Shown here: positions 7,534 through 14,241 of the stretch, piece by piece
Layout: each line of letters begins with the position of its first letter
Numbering within the stretch: position 1 is the first letter of the stretch
DNA from: an uncultured Bdellovibrionales bacterium
GTDB taxonomy: Bacteria; Patescibacteriota; Minisyncoccia; Moranbacterales; UBA1568
Length of the DNA stretch: 20,757 nt
Assembly (NCBI GenBank): GCA_964396225.1
Contig: CAYNEL010000013.1
Coordinates: 1 to 20,757, forward strand
Direction: 5' to 3'
The notes under the pieces: generated by a model
What the model saw: only the letters and a program-made list of their open reading frames with translations
What the model was told of the DNA's origin: nothing
Databases searched by the model: none
Made by a program: the position numbers and the translations under genes

Positions 7534-8349
7534 TCATCCCCCATTCCTGTACGCCTCCAGATTGAGGACGCTGTCCGAGATGGTCGGCAGATGATGGCCG
7601 CCATGCATGATGACATACGTCATGTTCTTGCCGCGCTCCTTGGCGAGATACATGGCGGCATCCGCACGCTTCAGCGCCTCCTGCCAAACCGTACCGGCAT
7701 GCAACGCGTCTTCCGCGGTACAAAGGATGTCGGTGATCCCGATGCTGGCAGTCACCCCATGCTCACACAACAGAGGGTGCGAGCGCAAGACGCCCATCAG
7801 TCCCCCGACACGCCTGATGGTGATCGAGAGGTCGATATTCGGGAGGAGCACGGCGAACTCATCCCCGCCCAGGCGCGCGGCACAGTCGTTGTCCCGGATG
7901 AAGCTGTTGAGCACTCCGGCGACGGTACGGAGGATATCATCGCCCTTTGCATGGCCGTGGCGATCATTGACGGCTTTGAATCCGTCCAGATCGAGGATGA
8001 GGAGCGACGCGCCGCCGACGCGGATTCTCCGATTGTGGCGGTCCGCCTCTTCCCAGAGCCTCCGGACCTTGGCCATCATCCTCGTAAAGTGGGACTCCAG
8101 CCCTTTGCGATTATAGAGGCCTGGCAGAAGTGTGTCGTGTTGCAGGGCTTGTTCGAGTCTGTGGATGATTTTCCGATCCTGTGAGCGCTCATCCATGAGA
8201 AGCCGGACTTGCCGAAAGAGCTCATCGCAGTATCCTCTGCAGGCGCGCTTCTCGCGGCGCAACCTCACATTGCCAACAGCCAGCCATGACACGACACTGA
8301 GTACGACCAGTGCGGAGCTTACGAGACCAATCCATGCAAACGTAGACAT
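7534..8349 (-). CDS. membrane-anchored diguanylate cyclase (GGDEF domain, intact GGDEF and RxxD I-site)
   Basis: Start at ATG 8349 preceded by AGGAGG (plus 8357-8362) at 7-nt spacing. The track's upstream extension MVKMFSFF... lacks an RBS. N-terminal TM helix (FAWIGLVSSALVVLSVVSWLAV), linker, then GGDEF domain LLILDLDGFKAVNDRHGHAKGDDIL...RDNDCAARLGGDEFAVLLP (RxxD I-site 5 residues before GGDEF). Confidence 0.88.
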   Translation of the reverse strand: MSTFAWIGLVSSALVVLSVVSWLAVGNVRLRREKRACRGYCDELFRQVRLLMDERSQDRKIIHRLEQALQHDTLLPGLYNRKGLESHFTRMMAKVRRLWEEADRHNRRIRVGGASLLILDLDGFKAVNDRHGHAKGDDILRTVAGVLNSFIRDNDCAARLGGDEFAVLLPNIDLSITIRRVGGLMGVLRSHPLLCEHGVTASIGITDILCTAEDALHAGTVWQEALKRADAAMYLAKERGKNMTYVIMHGGHHLPTISDSVLNLEAYRNGG

Positions 8350-8420
8350 GCTCTTGCCTCCTGTCCGAGGATTTCCAAAAAGCCTAAAAAGGGTCTGTGG
8401 GATGTCAAAGAAACTAAACA

Positions 8421-8449
8421 TTTTTACCATAAAAAATAAGCCTTGTCAA
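8421..8449 (-). promoter_or_regulatory. candidate promoter of GGDEF gene: -35 TTGACA (in terminator loop, plus 8444-8449), 17-nt spacer, -10 TAAAAA (plus 8421-8426)
   Basis: Consensus -35 with correct spacing to an A/T-rich -10; would place the TSS about 55 nt before ATG 8349, giving a leader containing the AGGAGG SD. Confidence 0.45.
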
Positions 8450-8458
8450 GGCTTATTT
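8431..8458 (-). terminator. rho-independent terminator after the 117-aa gene; loop carries TTGACA
   Basis: Minus strand: AAATAAGCC-TTGACAA-GGCTTATTT followed by TTT(T) then ATGG; perfect 9-bp stem. Confidence 0.75.
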
Positions 8459-8494
8459 CCGGCTTTTGTGAGAGAAGGCCGGCCGCTCGCTCCC

Positions 8495-8848
8495 CTACTG
8501 AGCTCGTTTGAATTTGACGCTAAAGAGCGGCTCGTACTTGATGTCGTTGTCGTCGGACACTTCGACCGTCTTGCCTTCCATGAGCGTCTTCATGGCGAGA
8601 TCGGAGAGCAGCTCCTGCTCGCTCGCCAGTTCGTCTTTCAATTCATCGTGTTCCGCCCAGAGGCGGCCGAGCGACTCCTGAGCCTTCAGCTCGAGCTGCT
8701 GCTTGCGGGTTTTCTGGTCCTTCAGCTTTTCGAGTAGATCCTGATATTCCCCGTCCTGGGCCAAGGCGTCACGGTATTCTTTCTTGATGCTGCGCTGGCG
8801 CTGCTTGATTTCCTGGATATGCTTGAAAACGCTCTGGAGATCCGGCAT
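8495..8848 (-). CDS. hypothetical coiled-coil protein (117 aa, charged, no TM, no Cys)
   Basis: ORF with protein-like composition: IQEIKQRQRSIKKEYRDALAQDGEYQDLLEKLKDQKTRKQQLELKAQESL... heptad-rich; C-terminal KYEPLFSVKFKRAQ. Flanked by its own terminator. Function not recognisable. Confidence 0.6.
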   Translation of the reverse strand: MPDLQSVFKHIQEIKQRQRSIKKEYRDALAQDGEYQDLLEKLKDQKTRKQQLELKAQESLGRLWAEHDELKDELASEQELLSDLAMKTLMEGKTVEVSDDNDIKYEPLFSVKFKRAQ

Positions 8849-8875
8849 ACGGTTCGGTCGTCAAGGGTTTAGAGG

Positions 8876-8903
8876 ATAAAACAAAAAATGCCCTCGGGCA
8901 TTC
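8876..8903 (-). terminator. hairpin + U-tract upstream of the 117-aa gene / downstream of msrA
   Basis: Minus strand: AATGCCC-gag-GGGCATT followed by TTTTTTGTTTT. Could terminate msrA read-through; see finding about the TATACT hexamer just upstream. Confidence 0.6.
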
Positions 8904-9081
8904 AGTTGTGTCTTCCCTAGTATACCGGAAAACGCTCCGCTTGGCTACGGGCGCTTAGTCCTGGACGGCGGCACAGTCGGAACAGCGCGGCCGAAACGCA
9001 CGGCCGGGGCATGTCGGGCGGGCGTCCGATAGGCCGCCTGTCCCCTGCCCCGTTTCCCCACTTTCGAGCGCGCCCCGCCTT

Positions 9082-9633
9082 TCATACGTGTTCCGTCTTG
9101 GACTGCTCCGCAAGCAGTGCGGCGAATTGTTGCCGCGCCTTCTCGAGCTTAGGGCTGATGACGGCCTGGCAGTACCCCGCGTTCGGATTGTTCCGGTAAT
9201 AATCGCGGTGGTAATCCTCGGCCGGATAGAATTCGGCCAGCGGTCGGACTTCGGTCACGACGGGGGCGCCATCCGCCTGATCGAGTGCGGCGATATGCGC
9301 TGTGGCCGCCTCCTGCTCGGCCTCATCGGCATAAAAGACGATCGAGCGGTACTGCGGGCCCACGTCGTTCCCCTGCCGGTCGCGGGTGGTCGGATCGTGA
9401 GTGGCGAAATGGACGGTCAGAAGGTCGCGGAACGAAATGAGCGCCGGATTGTATTCGATACGGATCACCTCGGCGTGTCCGGTCCGCCCCGTGCATACCT
9501 GTGCGTAGGTCGGGTGCGGGACGGATCCGCCAGCGTAGCCCGGCTCCACGGACACGACTCCATGGAGCATCCGAAACACCGCCTCTGTGCACCAAAAGCA
9601 TCCCCCGCCGAAGATGGCTGTCCGAGTTTTCAT
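9082..9633 (-). CDS. msrA: peptide methionine sulfoxide reductase MsrA
   Basis: Catalytic GGGCFWC motif near N-terminus, conserved HAEVIRIEYNP, HDPTTRDRQGNDVGPQYRS, FYPAEDYHRDYY blocks. Start at ATG 9633 (MKTRTAIFGGGCFWC); alternative ATG 9660. Confidence 0.9.
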   Translation of the reverse strand: MKTRTAIFGGGCFWCTEAVFRMLHGVVSVEPGYAGGSVPHPTYAQVCTGRTGHAEVIRIEYNPALISFRDLLTVHFATHDPTTRDRQGNDVGPQYRSIVFYADEAEQEAATAHIAALDQADGAPVVTEVRPLAEFYPAEDYHRDYYRNNPNAGYCQAVISPKLEKARQQFAALLAEQSKTEHV

Positions 9634-9668
9634 AGGATACAAAGCGTCTTCCTCTAGCATACCGCGCT

Positions 9669-9697
9669 TTGACGGCTCGCGGAAAGAATGTTAGAGA
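9669..9697 (+). promoter_or_regulatory. candidate promoter for the 161-aa gene: TTGACG-17-TAGAGA
   Basis: In the 100-bp divergent region between msrA and the 9737 gene; followed by a strong SD AAAGGAG (9721-9727). Confidence 0.35.
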
Positions 9698-9736
9698 GAA
9701 AGCGGTTCCCTCTCGACCAGAAAGGAGTTCTTTCCC

Positions 9737-10222
9737 ATGCCATCCGATAAGAAGGCTGAAGTTGTGTCGTTGCTGCCGCACCTGCGCCAGGCCAAGCCCC
9801 CGATTGTCACGGAACAGTTTCCCGGTCGCTTCCGGCTCGATCGTATCCCAAGCAGGCCGAAAGGTCACCGTCGGTACGTACGGGATAAGAAATCCGGGCT
9901 CCCCCATCCGGAAATCCACCAAGTCTGGGTGGAAACCGGAACAGACCACGTGTTCCAAATCAGGGGTCAAACCAACGCCCCCGGCCAGCCGGTCCTCTAC
10001 CACCTCGCACGCTACGGATTCGAGCAGACCGTCAGGCGCCTCACCGCCGAGACCCTGCTCAGAGACTTCCAGATCCTGGAAGACGCCATCCGGTCACGTA
10101 CCTGGATGGCCAGGCACTTGCGCGGACTCTGTCAGACCGGCGGCGGTCGACATCTCGGGCTCGACATCGAGACCCTGCTCCGATACCTCGGCCTCAATGA
10201 AACAGGCAACCGCATCGACTAG
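9737..10222 (+). CDS. hypothetical protein (161 aa), no recognisable domain
   Basis: Good SD AAAGGAG 9 nt upstream of ATG; balanced amino-acid composition, unlike the overlapping Ser/Pro/Arg-rich alternative frame (9669..10232). Contains HLARYGFEQ, RHLRGL and HLGLDIETLLRYLGL segments but I cannot assign a family. Confidence 0.6.
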   Translation: MPSDKKAEVVSLLPHLRQAKPPIVTEQFPGRFRLDRIPSRPKGHRRYVRDKKSGLPHPEIHQVWVETGTDHVFQIRGQTNAPGQPVLYHLARYGFEQTVRRLTAETLLRDFQILEDAIRSRTWMARHLRGLCQTGGGRHLGLDIETLLRYLGLNETGNRID

Positions 10223-10277
10223 GGCACCCTAGCGATGCGGTTTTCATTTCGAACCGATCGGGAACAGGCCTGCCCAC

Positions 10278-10406
10278 CTAGCGCGCTTTCTTCGCCTTCC
10301 CGGGCTTCTTGACGTTCTTGATGCCGGCGTTTCGCACCTTGCCTTCGAGCCGGCTCCCCGGCCGGACTCCTTTTTCCTCGCTCCGTGGTATCTTTTGCTG
10401 TGACAT
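10278..10406 (-). CDS. candidate small basic protein (42 aa): MSQQKIPRSEEKGVRPGSRLEGKVRNAGIKNVKKPGKAKKAR
   Basis: ATG 10406 (plus cat 10404-10406), stop TAG 10278-10280; GC3-rich codons consistent with host coding bias. Preceded about 28 nt upstream by an extended -10 TGGTATGAT. Not in the ORF track (below length cutoff). Lys/Arg-rich C-terminus resembles small ribosome- or nucleic-acid-associated proteins, but no specific family can be asserted. Confidence 0.3.
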   Translation of the reverse strand: MSQQKIPRSEEKGVRPGSRLEGKVRNAGIKNVKKPGKAKKAR

Positions 10407-10431
10407 AGGTTTGATTCAGAATGATAAAGGC

Positions 10432-10440
10432 ATCATACCA
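10432..10440 (-). promoter_or_regulatory. extended -10 element TGGTATGAT upstream of the 42-aa ORF
   Basis: Minus strand TGGTATGAT (TGn + TATGAT), located after two hairpin/T-tract structures that end the flotillin transcript. Confidence 0.4.
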
Positions 10441-10453
10441 CACTAGAAAAAAC

Positions 10454-10496
10454 ATCCCTCTCATTCTGTCAAAACTGCTTAAGAATGGGAAGGGAT
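10454..10496 (-). terminator. imperfect long hairpin with TTGACA in loop followed by GTTTTTTCT (second terminator-like element after flotillin)
   Basis: Minus strand: ATCCCTTCCCATTC - 16-nt loop (contains TTTTGACA) - GAATGAGAGGGAT then TTTTTT. Stem has two mismatches. Confidence 0.4.
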
Positions 10497-10511
10497 TGGA
10501 AGCAGCTGTCG

Positions 10512-10548
10512 GAAAATAAAAAGACGCCGTACCCGAAGGTCGTGCGTC
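10512..10548 (-). terminator. rho-independent terminator of flotillin gene
   Basis: Minus strand: GACGC-acgaCCttcgGGtacg-GCGTC followed by TTTTTATTTTCC, 20 nt after the stop (TAA 10569-10571). Confidence 0.7.
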
Positions 10549-10568
10549 GATCAATTGCTTTCGTTACG

Positions 10569-11906
10569 TTAGACGGGAGCGTCTTTCGAAGGTTCCGTCT
10601 TTTGACCTGTCATTTTTTCCATTATGGTCTGGCCGAGCGGACTCTGCGCGAACGCTTCGACCGCCGATGCCAGATGGGTGCCACCCTTGGAGGTGAACAG
10701 GTCCATGACGTTCGTCATACCTTCGACGGGCTTGCCCGTGTTGGCGATGACCTTGACGTCGGCCTGCTGCAGCGCTTCGGCCTGCTTGCCACCGACCACC
10801 ACGTAGCCCTTGATGCCTTCGATGGTCATCAGGTACTGCTGGTAGCCGACGTTGCCGCCGATTTCCTTCGCCAGAACGATCTGCGCTTCGACAGGAGCGA
10901 GTTGCATGGCTTTCTCGGCCGCTGCCTTCGCTTCGCCGACGGCTTGGATGCCTTGCGCATTCCTGCGTTCGGATTCGAGCTGGCCTTCGGCGATGATCAC
11001 CGTGGTCTGCTTGTCCTGCTCGGCTGCCACGACCTGCTTGTCCTTCTCGATCTCGGCCGTGCGCACTTCTTCGACGCGCTTGACCGCCATGTCACGCTCC
11101 TTGGTCTCCTTCTCTTGTGTCAGAACTTCCTGACGCGCGAGTTGGTTGGCAATGCCGACGGCCTTGTCCTTTTCGGCTGTGCGTTCACCGACGGCCTGTT
11201 CGGCCTGCTGGCGCTGGATGTCGACTTCACGCTTGGCGGTGATTTCGGCCACCTCGGCAGCCCGCATGTTCTCGGCAACGTCACGCCGGCTCTCCATCTC
11301 GATGTGTGAGGTCTTCTTCGCCATGATGTTGGAGATGACATGGCTGCCCTGACCGTCCCGGATGTCCATCAGTTCCATGGACTTGACCGGCTCGACGCCC
11401 CACTGCTTGAGCTGCTCGACGACTTCGTCCGTGAAGTCTTGGCCGAACTTGGAGCGCTGGAGCATGATGTTGTCGATCTTGTCGCCAGCAAGGACCTTAC
11501 GGACCGCGCCCTGGACAATCTGGTGCAGCTGTGCCTGGAGCTCTTCGACATTGGCCACACGCTGAGCGGCGAGTGCGGTGTCGGCGATACGGAAGAACGC
11601 CGTGATGTCGACCTTGAACGGAACGCGGTCAGCATCGTAGGCCTCGTACCCTTCGAGCGAAAGGTCGAAGTTGCTCACTGGCAGCTCGATGACCGTGACG
11701 CCGAACTTCGGAATCCAGCTCGGCCACGCGTAGTAGACGTTGCCGGCTGTCTGCCCGGTCCCGTAGGGAACCGTGGAGCGACCGCGTTGGACGATGTGCA
11801 CCATGTTGGTACTCACGACCTTGCGGTAGAGGACGGCGAGAGCGACGGCAAAGAGCGCCAAACCACCGATCAGGACAGACCCGATCAGTATGGAGATATC
11901 GAACAT
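10569..11906 (-). CDS. flotillin-like SPFH/band-7 domain protein (FloT/YqiK type)
   Basis: N-terminal TM anchor (ILIGSVLIGGLALFAVALAVL), SPFH domain, long EA-rich coiled-coil (flotillin) region AEVAEITAKREVDIQRQQAEQAVGERTAEKDKA..., C-terminal conserved flotillin tail. SD GGAGA 6 nt before ATG 11906. Confidence 0.9.
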   Translation of the reverse strand: MFDISILIGSVLIGGLALFAVALAVLYRKVVSTNMVHIVQRGRSTVPYGTGQTAGNVYYAWPSWIPKFGVTVIELPVSNFDLSLEGYEAYDADRVPFKVDITAFFRIADTALAAQRVANVEELQAQLHQIVQGAVRKVLAGDKIDNIMLQRSKFGQDFTDEVVEQLKQWGVEPVKSMELMDIRDGQGSHVISNIMAKKTSHIEMESRRDVAENMRAAEVAEITAKREVDIQRQQAEQAVGERTAEKDKAVGIANQLARQEVLTQEKETKERDMAVKRVEEVRTAEIEKDKQVVAAEQDKQTTVIIAEGQLESERRNAQGIQAVGEAKAAAEKAMQLAPVEAQIVLAKEIGGNVGYQQYLMTIEGIKGYVVVGGKQAEALQQADVKVIANTGKPVEGMTNVMDLFTSKGGTHLASAVEAFAQSPLGQTIMEKMTGQKTEPSKDAPV

Positions 11907-11943
11907 GTGCTTTCTCCTATAGAGGTCTTAAGGAACTGGTTAT

Positions 11944-11962
11944 GTTGTCTAAATGAGACAAC
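11944..11962 (-). promoter_or_regulatory. 7-5-7 perfect inverted repeat GTTGTCT-CATTT-AGACAAC overlapping predicted TSS of flotillin promoter (operator candidate or 5' stem-loop)
   Basis: Located 6-24 nt downstream of the -10 hexamer on the minus strand. Confidence 0.4.
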
Positions 11963-11967
11963 CACGT

Positions 11968-11996
11968 ATTATACTCTTTTCATATCACTTTGTCAA
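11968..11996 (-). promoter_or_regulatory. consensus sigma-70-type promoter TTGACA-17-TATAAT for flotillin
   Basis: Minus strand: -35 TTGACA (plus 11991-11996), 17-nt spacer, -10 TATAAT (plus 11968-11973). Both hexamers are perfect consensus. Confidence 0.7.
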
Positions 11997-11998
11997 TA

Positions 11999-12024
11999 CA
12001 AAAAAGAGGCTTCGGAGAGCCTCG
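11999..12024 (-). terminator. rho-independent terminator of tRNA-Gln
   Basis: Minus strand: GAGGCT-ctccga-AGCCTC followed by TTTTTTG; 10 nt after the tRNA 3' end and directly abutting the flotillin -35. Confidence 0.75.
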
Positions 12025-12033
12025 ATTCCAGTG

Positions 12034-12105
12034 CTGGGGAGGTAGGGATCGAACCTACGCATGCGGCGTCCAGAGCGCCGTGCCTTACCGCTTGGCTACT
12101 CCCCA
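12034..12105 (-). tRNA. tRNA-Gln (anticodon CUG)
   Basis: Hand-folded cloverleaf: acceptor UGGGGAG/CUCCCCA (U1:A72), U8, D-arm GCC-AAGCGGUAA-GGC, anticodon stem CGGCG/CGCCG with loop CU-CUG-GA, T-arm GUAGG-UUCGAUC-CCUAC, discriminator G73; CCA not encoded. U1:A72 + G73 are the classical bacterial tRNA-Gln features. Confidence 0.8.
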
Positions 12106-12115
12106 AAACAGAACT

Positions 12116-12142
12116 TTCAAACAAAAAAGCGATCCGTATCGC
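12116..12142 (-). terminator. rho-independent terminator ending the hyp116/ftsX/ftsE/prfB transcript
   Basis: Minus strand: GCGAT-acgg-ATCGC followed by TTTTTTGTTTG, 41 nt after hyp116 stop and only about 10 nt before the tRNA-Gln 5' end. Confidence 0.7.
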
Positions 12143-12183
12143 AACGCCTATCCTAGCAAAACTCCCCTCCCCCGGCAAGGGTG

Positions 12184-12534
12184 TCACTCTTCCTGTTTTT
12201 CTCCCTCATTCCGTATGCGATGCAGGGACAATCCCAAATCCTCCTCAAGGATCGCCTGGAGTCCTAATTCCACTTTCTGTATCTCGTCATCATAAAATAA
12301 CCGTTCTAACCTGAACCTGTCCCAATGGTTCTCCAGAGACACCTCATACCCTTGGTTTCTCTCTTCAGGGGGCTTTGTCCTTTCGGTCGCCAAGAGATGG
12401 GCGTAGCGCTTTTCTTCCAGCAAGGATTGGCTGTGTTTTTTGCGCAAGACGGCCAATTGTTCTCGAAGCGGTTTGGCCCGTATTTCGATAGCCTCTTCGA
12501 TAGGGACAGCCGGATGCGGGTCCGGAGATTCCAT
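12184..12534 (-). CDS. hypothetical cytoplasmic protein (116 aa), last gene of the ftsEX cluster
   Basis: ATG 12534 lies 24 nt downstream of the ftsX stop with AGGAGG (plus 12546-12551) upstream. No TM, acidic C-terminus (NEGEKQEE), no recognisable domain. Confidence 0.6.
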   Translation of the reverse strand: MESPDPHPAVPIEEAIEIRAKPLREQLAVLRKKHSQSLLEEKRYAHLLATERTKPPEERNQGYEVSLENHWDRFRLERLFYDDEIQKVELGLQAILEEDLGLSLHRIRNEGEKQEE

Positions 12535-12558
12535 AGCAGAGATGTCCTCCTGATAAAA

Positions 12559-13479
12559 TCAGCTCTTGAGATAGCGGTTCAGGGCCATTGAGGCCGAGAG
12601 GGCTCCCAGGCCCATCCCCATCAAGAAGAGACCCGGCACGATCGGCCAGAGGTGCGTGGCCGCGTAAGCGAAGACGCCGGCATGACTCACCATCCCGCGG
12701 GAAAGCGGGGCGGCAAACTGGATGGTGATGACGAGGAGGACGAGGGTGATGAGGGCGGCCGTGATGCCGTAGAACACCCCCTCGAAGACGGAGGGCATGC
12801 GGACATAGAGGTTGGAGGCTCCGACCAGCCGCATGATCTCGAATTCCTGGCGGCGGGAGTAGATGTTCATCCGGATGGAGTTGAACGTGACCAGTACCGC
12901 CACGGCGATGAGAACGGCTCCGAGGGCGAGGCCCGTGCGGGTGGCCACCCGGTTGATATAGGCCAGCCGGTCGATGGCTTTCTTGTTCTTCTCGTAATTC
13001 ACCCGGCTGACATCGCCCTGGAAAGGAGCCTCCTTGAGAGCGGCCGCGATAAGGTCGTACTGGTCGCTCCGGACGGCCCGGATGGTGAGTGAGGCGAGGA
13101 GCGGATTCTCGCCGATCTCCTCGAGGGCCTGGGCGATGACGGGATCGTTGCCGCTGCCGGCCCGGAAATCGGAGAGGGCCCGCTCGCGGGAAACGTATTC
13201 CACCGACGCCACCTCGCGGTACTTCTCGAGTTCGGCCTTGATCTCCTGGATGCGCGCCTCGGGCACGTCCGGATCGAACGCCAGGCTGATGTTGATGCGG
13301 CCCTCCATCGAGGAAAGGACGGCCCGCGTCCCCACTCCGAACACCACCGTCAGACTGACGATGAAGAGCGACAGGGTCATCACCGCCACAGTGGCCACAG
13401 ACAACCAGCCGTTGCGCCGGAAGTTCTGCCAGCCTTCATGGTACGTGCGAGAGAGTTTGAGGCGTTTCTGGGTCGCCAT
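12559..13479 (-). CDS. ftsX: cell-division ABC transporter permease FtsX
   Basis: Typical FtsX N-terminus (TYHEGWQNFRRNGWLSVATVAVMTLSLFIV), large extracytoplasmic loop, three C-terminal TM helices; immediately downstream of ftsE (stop-start gap 20 nt). Confidence 0.92.
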   Translation of the reverse strand: MATQKRLKLSRTYHEGWQNFRRNGWLSVATVAVMTLSLFIVSLTVVFGVGTRAVLSSMEGRINISLAFDPDVPEARIQEIKAELEKYREVASVEYVSRERALSDFRAGSGNDPVIAQALEEIGENPLLASLTIRAVRSDQYDLIAAALKEAPFQGDVSRVNYEKNKKAIDRLAYINRVATRTGLALGAVLIAVAVLVTFNSIRMNIYSRRQEFEIMRLVGASNLYVRMPSVFEGVFYGITAALITLVLLVITIQFAAPLSRGMVSHAGVFAYAATHLWPIVPGLFLMGMGLGALSASMALNRYLKS

Positions 13480-13499
13480 AGCGAGAGCGGTTTTGGATT

Positions 13500-14189
13500 T
13501 TAGGAGATGGTGTACTTACCCTTCTGCTCGTCCCGGATCACCCGGCCGCGTTCGAGGGTGACCACGCGGCGGCCGAGCTTGTCGACGATCGATTTGTTAT
13601 GAGTAGCCAGGAGGATGGTGGTGTTGAAACTGTTGATTTCCTGGAGGAGCTTCATAATCTCCCCGGTCGAGACGGGATCGAGATTTCCGGTCGGCTCGTC
13701 GGCGATGATGACCGAAGGGCCATGTACCAAGGCCCGGGCCAGGCTGACGCGCTGCTGCTCGCCACCCGAAAGCTGTCGGGGGTATTGGTCGCGTTTGGCC
13801 GACAGGCCCACGATCTCGAGGATCTGGGGCACTTCCTCGTTGATCTCCTGATCATTCCGGCCCACCACCTCGAGGGCGTAGGCCACGTTCTCAAAGACGG
13901 TCTTCCGGGGAAAGAGCTTGAAGTCCTGGAAGACGGTGCCGATGTTGCGGCGGAAGAAAGGCAGGTGTTTGCGTGGGATATCCCCCACCACCCGGTCACC
14001 GAAGTACACCTTGCCGACGGTCGGCTCCTCCTCGGCGTAGACGAGCTTCAGGAGGGTGGACTTGCCAGCGCCGCTGGCTCCCACGATGGAGACAAACTCG
14101 CCCTGTTCGAAGGTGAGGTCGATATCCTCCAGTACCGTGAGGTCCGGCGGGTAGGTTTTGGAGACTTGTTCGAAACGGATGGCTGGCAT
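13500..14189 (-). CDS. ftsE: cell-division ABC transporter ATP-binding protein FtsE
   Basis: Walker [13 protein letters not shown] signature LSGGEQQR, Walker B IIADEP, H-loop; about 229 aa as for FtsE. Confidence 0.93.
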   Translation of the reverse strand: MPAIRFEQVSKTYPPDLTVLEDIDLTFEQGEFVSIVGASGAGKSTLLKLVYAEEEPTVGKVYFGDRVVGDIPRKHLPFFRRNIGTVFQDFKLFPRKTVFENVAYALEVVGRNDQEINEEVPQILEIVGLSAKRDQYPRQLSGGEQQRVSLARALVHGPSVIIADEPTGNLDPVSTGEIMKLLQEINSFNTTILLATHNKSIVDKLGRRVVTLERGRVIRDEQKGKYTIS

Positions 14190-14221
14190 AGGGACTTGGT
14201 TCAGATTGGGAGATATCCTGT

Positions 14222-14227
14222 ATTGTA
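14222..14227 (-). promoter_or_regulatory. possible internal -10 (TACAAT on minus strand) about 33 nt upstream of ftsE ATG
   Basis: Hexamer only; no convincing -35. Low confidence. Confidence 0.2.
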
Positions 14228-14241
14228 GCGTATCCCGCGGA

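Noticed and set aside
7441-8184. 247-aa and 169-aa plus-strand ORFs over the GGDEF gene
   Set aside because: Antisense to a gene with intact GGDEF/I-site and a strong SD; no independent support.
7534-8430. Track's longer GGDEF ORF starting MVKMFSFF at 8430
   Set aside because: No RBS for that start, whereas ATG 8349 has AGGAGG at ideal spacing and begins directly with the TM helix; the extension would run through the predicted promoter.
9011-9199. 62-aa plus ORF and 9088..9657 / 9323..10003 ORFs around msrA
   Set aside because: Overlap msrA in other frames/strands; low-complexity translations; msrA has the catalytic GCFWC motif.
9669-10232. 187-aa plus ORF in alternative frame to the 161-aa gene
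   Set aside because: Ser/Pro/Arg-rich composition and no SD, whereas the 9737 frame has AAAGGAG and balanced composition.
10219-10554. 111-aa minus ORF from the track in the flotillin-downstream intergenic region
   Set aside because: Its N-terminal half falls in AT-rich hairpin/promoter DNA with no RBS; a different frame (10278..10406) gives a compact ORF with better coding signal.
10485-12314. 274-aa and 324-aa plus ORFs antisense to flotillin (and crossing the tRNA)
   Set aside because: Antisense artefacts; the 324-aa ORF would read through tRNA-Gln and two terminators.
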